Part shown: positions 62,107-64,000 of the stretch, one piece after another
Numbering within the stretch: position 1 is the first letter of the stretch
Layout: each line of letters opens with the position of its first letter
DNA from: Eubacteriales bacterium
Lineage (GTDB): Bacteria > Bacillota > Clostridia > Oscillospirales > CAG-272
Assembly: GCA_045632145.1 (NCBI GenBank)
Contig: JAZQWB010000015.1
Span: forward strand, 64,643 to 128,642
Direction: 5' to 3'
Length of the DNA stretch: 64,000 nucleotides
The notes under the pieces: generated by a model
Databases searched by the model: none
What the model saw: only the letters and a program-made list of their open reading frames with translations
Told to the model about the DNA's origin: nothing
Translations under genes and position numbers: made by a program

Positions 62107-63519
62107 ATGAAGAGATTTAATAAATTCTTATGTTTATTAATTCTTCTCTGCGTAACCGTAAGCGGATTAGCTTCCTGCGATATTCTCGCAGGGCTTTTCC
62201 CTTCGGAAACGCCGGAAGAACCCGTGTGGGTTGACTACGCTTCTCAGCTTAAGCTTGATAAGAACGATACATCCACACTTAAGTGGGAGGTTACCGTAAA
62301 GATGTTTATCGACGGTGACACCACTCACTTCTATATCAACCAGAGCGGTAACTACAACAACGTAAGCAAGACCCCCGGTATTGACGGTGTGCTTAAGGCA
62401 AGATACCTCGGTGTTAACACCCCCGAGTCCACCGGTAAGATCGAGCCCTGGGGTAAGAAGGCTTCCAACTTCACCAAGTCCAAGCTCGAGAACGCTGAGT
62501 CCATCATCATCGAGAGTGATGACGGCAACTGGAACGTAGACTCCACCGGCGAGAGATTCCTCGTTTGGGTTTGGTACAAGGCTCCCGGCGCTGAGGATTA
62601 CAGAAACCTCAACCTCGAGATTCTTCAGGAGGGCCTTGCTGTATCCAGTAAGTCCACCAGATCCGGTTACGCAGAGTACTGCGAAAAGGCTATCAGCCAG
62701 GCCGGTGATTTCAAGATGCACCTTTATGCTCCCGCAAACGTTAAGGATCCCGACTTCCCCTACGGCGATGCTCAGTTCATGACTCTTAAGGAGCTCAAGA
62801 TCAACATTAAGGATTACATTGGCTTGAGAGTTGCCTTCGAGGGTATTATCGTTAAGAACAGCGGTGGCTCGGTATACATCGAGTCCTATGACGAGGAGAC
62901 CGGTATTTACTTCGGTATTACCGCATACTACCAGACCTCCGGTCTTGACGGATGGGGCCTTGAGCTTCTCCAGGTAGGTAACAAGCTTCGCTTTGCAGGC
63001 GTTGTTGGCGAGTTCAACGGCTCCTACCAGATCACCGACCTTAAGTACGACATTTTCGATACTGAAAATGCAAAGAATCTGGCTTTCATCTCCGATGGCC
63101 ACGCTCCTGCATACCAGGAGATCACCGCACTCCACTTTGATCCTCAGTCCAACCAGGGCTCTGTAAGAATGGCAACCGAGGTTGAGGGTGAGACCGTTAT
63201 CGTAGAGCGTGCCTTCTGCGAAATGGCACAGGATGCTTCCGTTTCCATGAAGAACCTTTACGTTAGAAGCGTTTACACCACCGCTAAGGGCGACTCCAAG
63301 GGTGCTATGACCCTCTACTGTCAGGATCAGAACGGTAACGAGATCCAGGTTCGTACCATCGTTCTTTTCGACGAAAACGGCAATATGATCACATCCTCTG
63401 CATTCCAGGGCAAGACCATCGACGTTAAGGGCACTATCGACTACTACCTCCCCGAGGGCGCTAGCGTAGGCTCTTACCAGATTCAGCTCTTCTCTATCAA
63501 CGACGTAACATTCCACTAA
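62107..63519 (+). CDS. Thermonuclease (SNase-like) lipoprotein with a C-terminal OB-fold-like region
   Basis: Lipobox 'GLASC'. SNase motifs 'IDGDTTHF', 'KARYLGVNTPES' and 'GERFLVWVW...NLEILQEGLA'. The ATG at 62107 fits the signal peptide better than the GTG at 62095. Confidence 0.8.
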   Translation: MKRFNKFLCLLILLCVTVSGLASCDILAGLFPSETPEEPVWVDYASQLKLDKNDTSTLKWEVTVKMFIDGDTTHFYINQSGNYNNVSKTPGIDGVLKARYLGVNTPESTGKIEPWGKKASNFTKSKLENAESIIIESDDGNWNVDSTGERFLVWVWYKAPGAEDYRNLNLEILQEGLAVSSKSTRSGYAEYCEKAISQAGDFKMHLYAPANVKDPDFPYGDAQFMTLKELKINIKDYIGLRVAFEGIIVKNSGGSVYIESYDEETGIYFGITAYYQTSGLDGWGLELLQVGNKLRFAGVVGEFNGSYQITDLKYDIFDTENAKNLAFISDGHAPAYQEITALHFDPQSNQGSVRMATEVEGETVIVERAFCEMAQDASVSMKNLYVRSVYTTAKGDSKGAMTLYCQDQNGNEIQVRTIVLFDENGNMITSSAFQGKTIDVKGTIDYYLPEGASVGSYQIQLFSINDVTFH

Positions 63520-63595
63520 TATATTATTTATTTGTAACGTTTTGTTTGTTAACATCGGGTAAAACCGAAAAAATAAAAAAATAAAAGGAGCTTAT

Positions 63596-64000
63596 ATGAA
63601 AAGACTTTTATCTCTCGTACTTGTCCTTGCACTTGTGCTTGGCGTACTCGCTTCCTGCGATCTTCCCTTCTTTAACAACGGTACCGAAGAGGCAGACATC
63701 CAGGGCGTAGTAAAAGAACTCGACGACATGTACAAGGCTGGCAACGGCACTTCTATCCAGAATGGCTATGAGCTTATCGCTCAGTACAAGCTTGGTGGCA
63801 CTATGTTCACCATTACCTGGACCAGCGACAATGCTGACATCAAGATTGAGCTCGTTGACGGTCTCTATGTTGTTACTCTTCCCGAAAACACCTCCGGTCA
63901 GTCTGAGTACAACCTTATCGCTACCATCACCAGCGAGGGTGGTCAGACCGCTACTGTTAAGTACAACCGCGTGCTTACAGAGAGCTTTGGTATGATTACC
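63596..64000 (+). CDS. Lipoprotein of unknown function (3' end outside the window)
   Basis: AAGGAG lies 6 nt upstream of the ATG at 63596. 'MKRLLSLVLVLALVLGVLASCD' carries a lipobox. The frame stays open to the window end, so it is absent from the ORF track. Confidence 0.7.
   Translation, partial: MKRLLSLVLVLALVLGVLASCDLPFFNNGTEEADIQGVVKELDDMYKAGNGTSIQNGYELIAQYKLGGTMFTITWTSDNADIKIELVDGLYVVTLPENTSGQSEYNLIATITSEGGQTATVKYNRVLTESFGMIT

Overview
This is a gene-dense chromosomal window from a spore-forming Firmicute of class Clostridia. Motifs and gene order look Oscillospiraceae/Ruminococcaceae-like, but that cannot be proven from the sequence alone. I support about 50 protein-coding genes and one tRNA.

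Left half (1-35 kb), mostly housekeeping:
- dipicolinate synthase dpaAB, pheST, truB
- an ACT/UPF0210 pair, a GH2-like protein, a U32 peptidase, comM/yifB
- an acyltransferase, then mfd and pth preceded by a ThyX-like gene
- DUF1385-prmC-ddl-murI-rbfA-galU-rimI-tsaD-rex-dnaD-dnaC on the + strand
- nrdG-nrdD-trxB on the - strand

Right half (36-64 kb), mostly accessory carbohydrate and peptide utilisation:
- M20 peptidase with a GPH transporter
- a domain-permuted GH3 next to a large CBM-type lipoprotein
- pcp, flavin reductase, esterase, a second GPH transporter
- a maltodextrin-type cluster: GH13 amylase, malEFG-like genes, msmK-like ATPase
- a second ABC importer operon that starts with an RDD protein and ends with a thermonuclease lipoprotein

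Main non-standard observations:
1. Two ~175-180 bp tandem units follow tRNA-Pro(CGG). Each ends in a copy of the tRNA 3' end. This matches the RtT-like, tRNA-linked repeat architecture of E. coli tyrT.
2. A ThyX-fold protein lacks the RHR/SxR catalytic motif and is translationally coupled to pth-mfd.
3. NrdD carries a C-terminal glutaredoxin-like domain, with trxB immediately downstream. Tandem NrdR boxes sit on a consensus promoter upstream.
4. A 30-bp perfect direct repeat (about 58 bp extended) occurs twice in an intergenic region.
5. Very long stem-loops and an ATGA-coupled mini-ORF lie between the malE-like and malF-like genes.
6. A ferredoxin-like Cys cluster occurs inside an extracellular lipoprotein.
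7. A small TTCGAA-based palindromic element recurs just after stop codons.

I saw no CRISPR array, transposase, integrase or recognisable defence system. Many long antisense ORFs in the supplied track are codon-aligned shadows of real genes.
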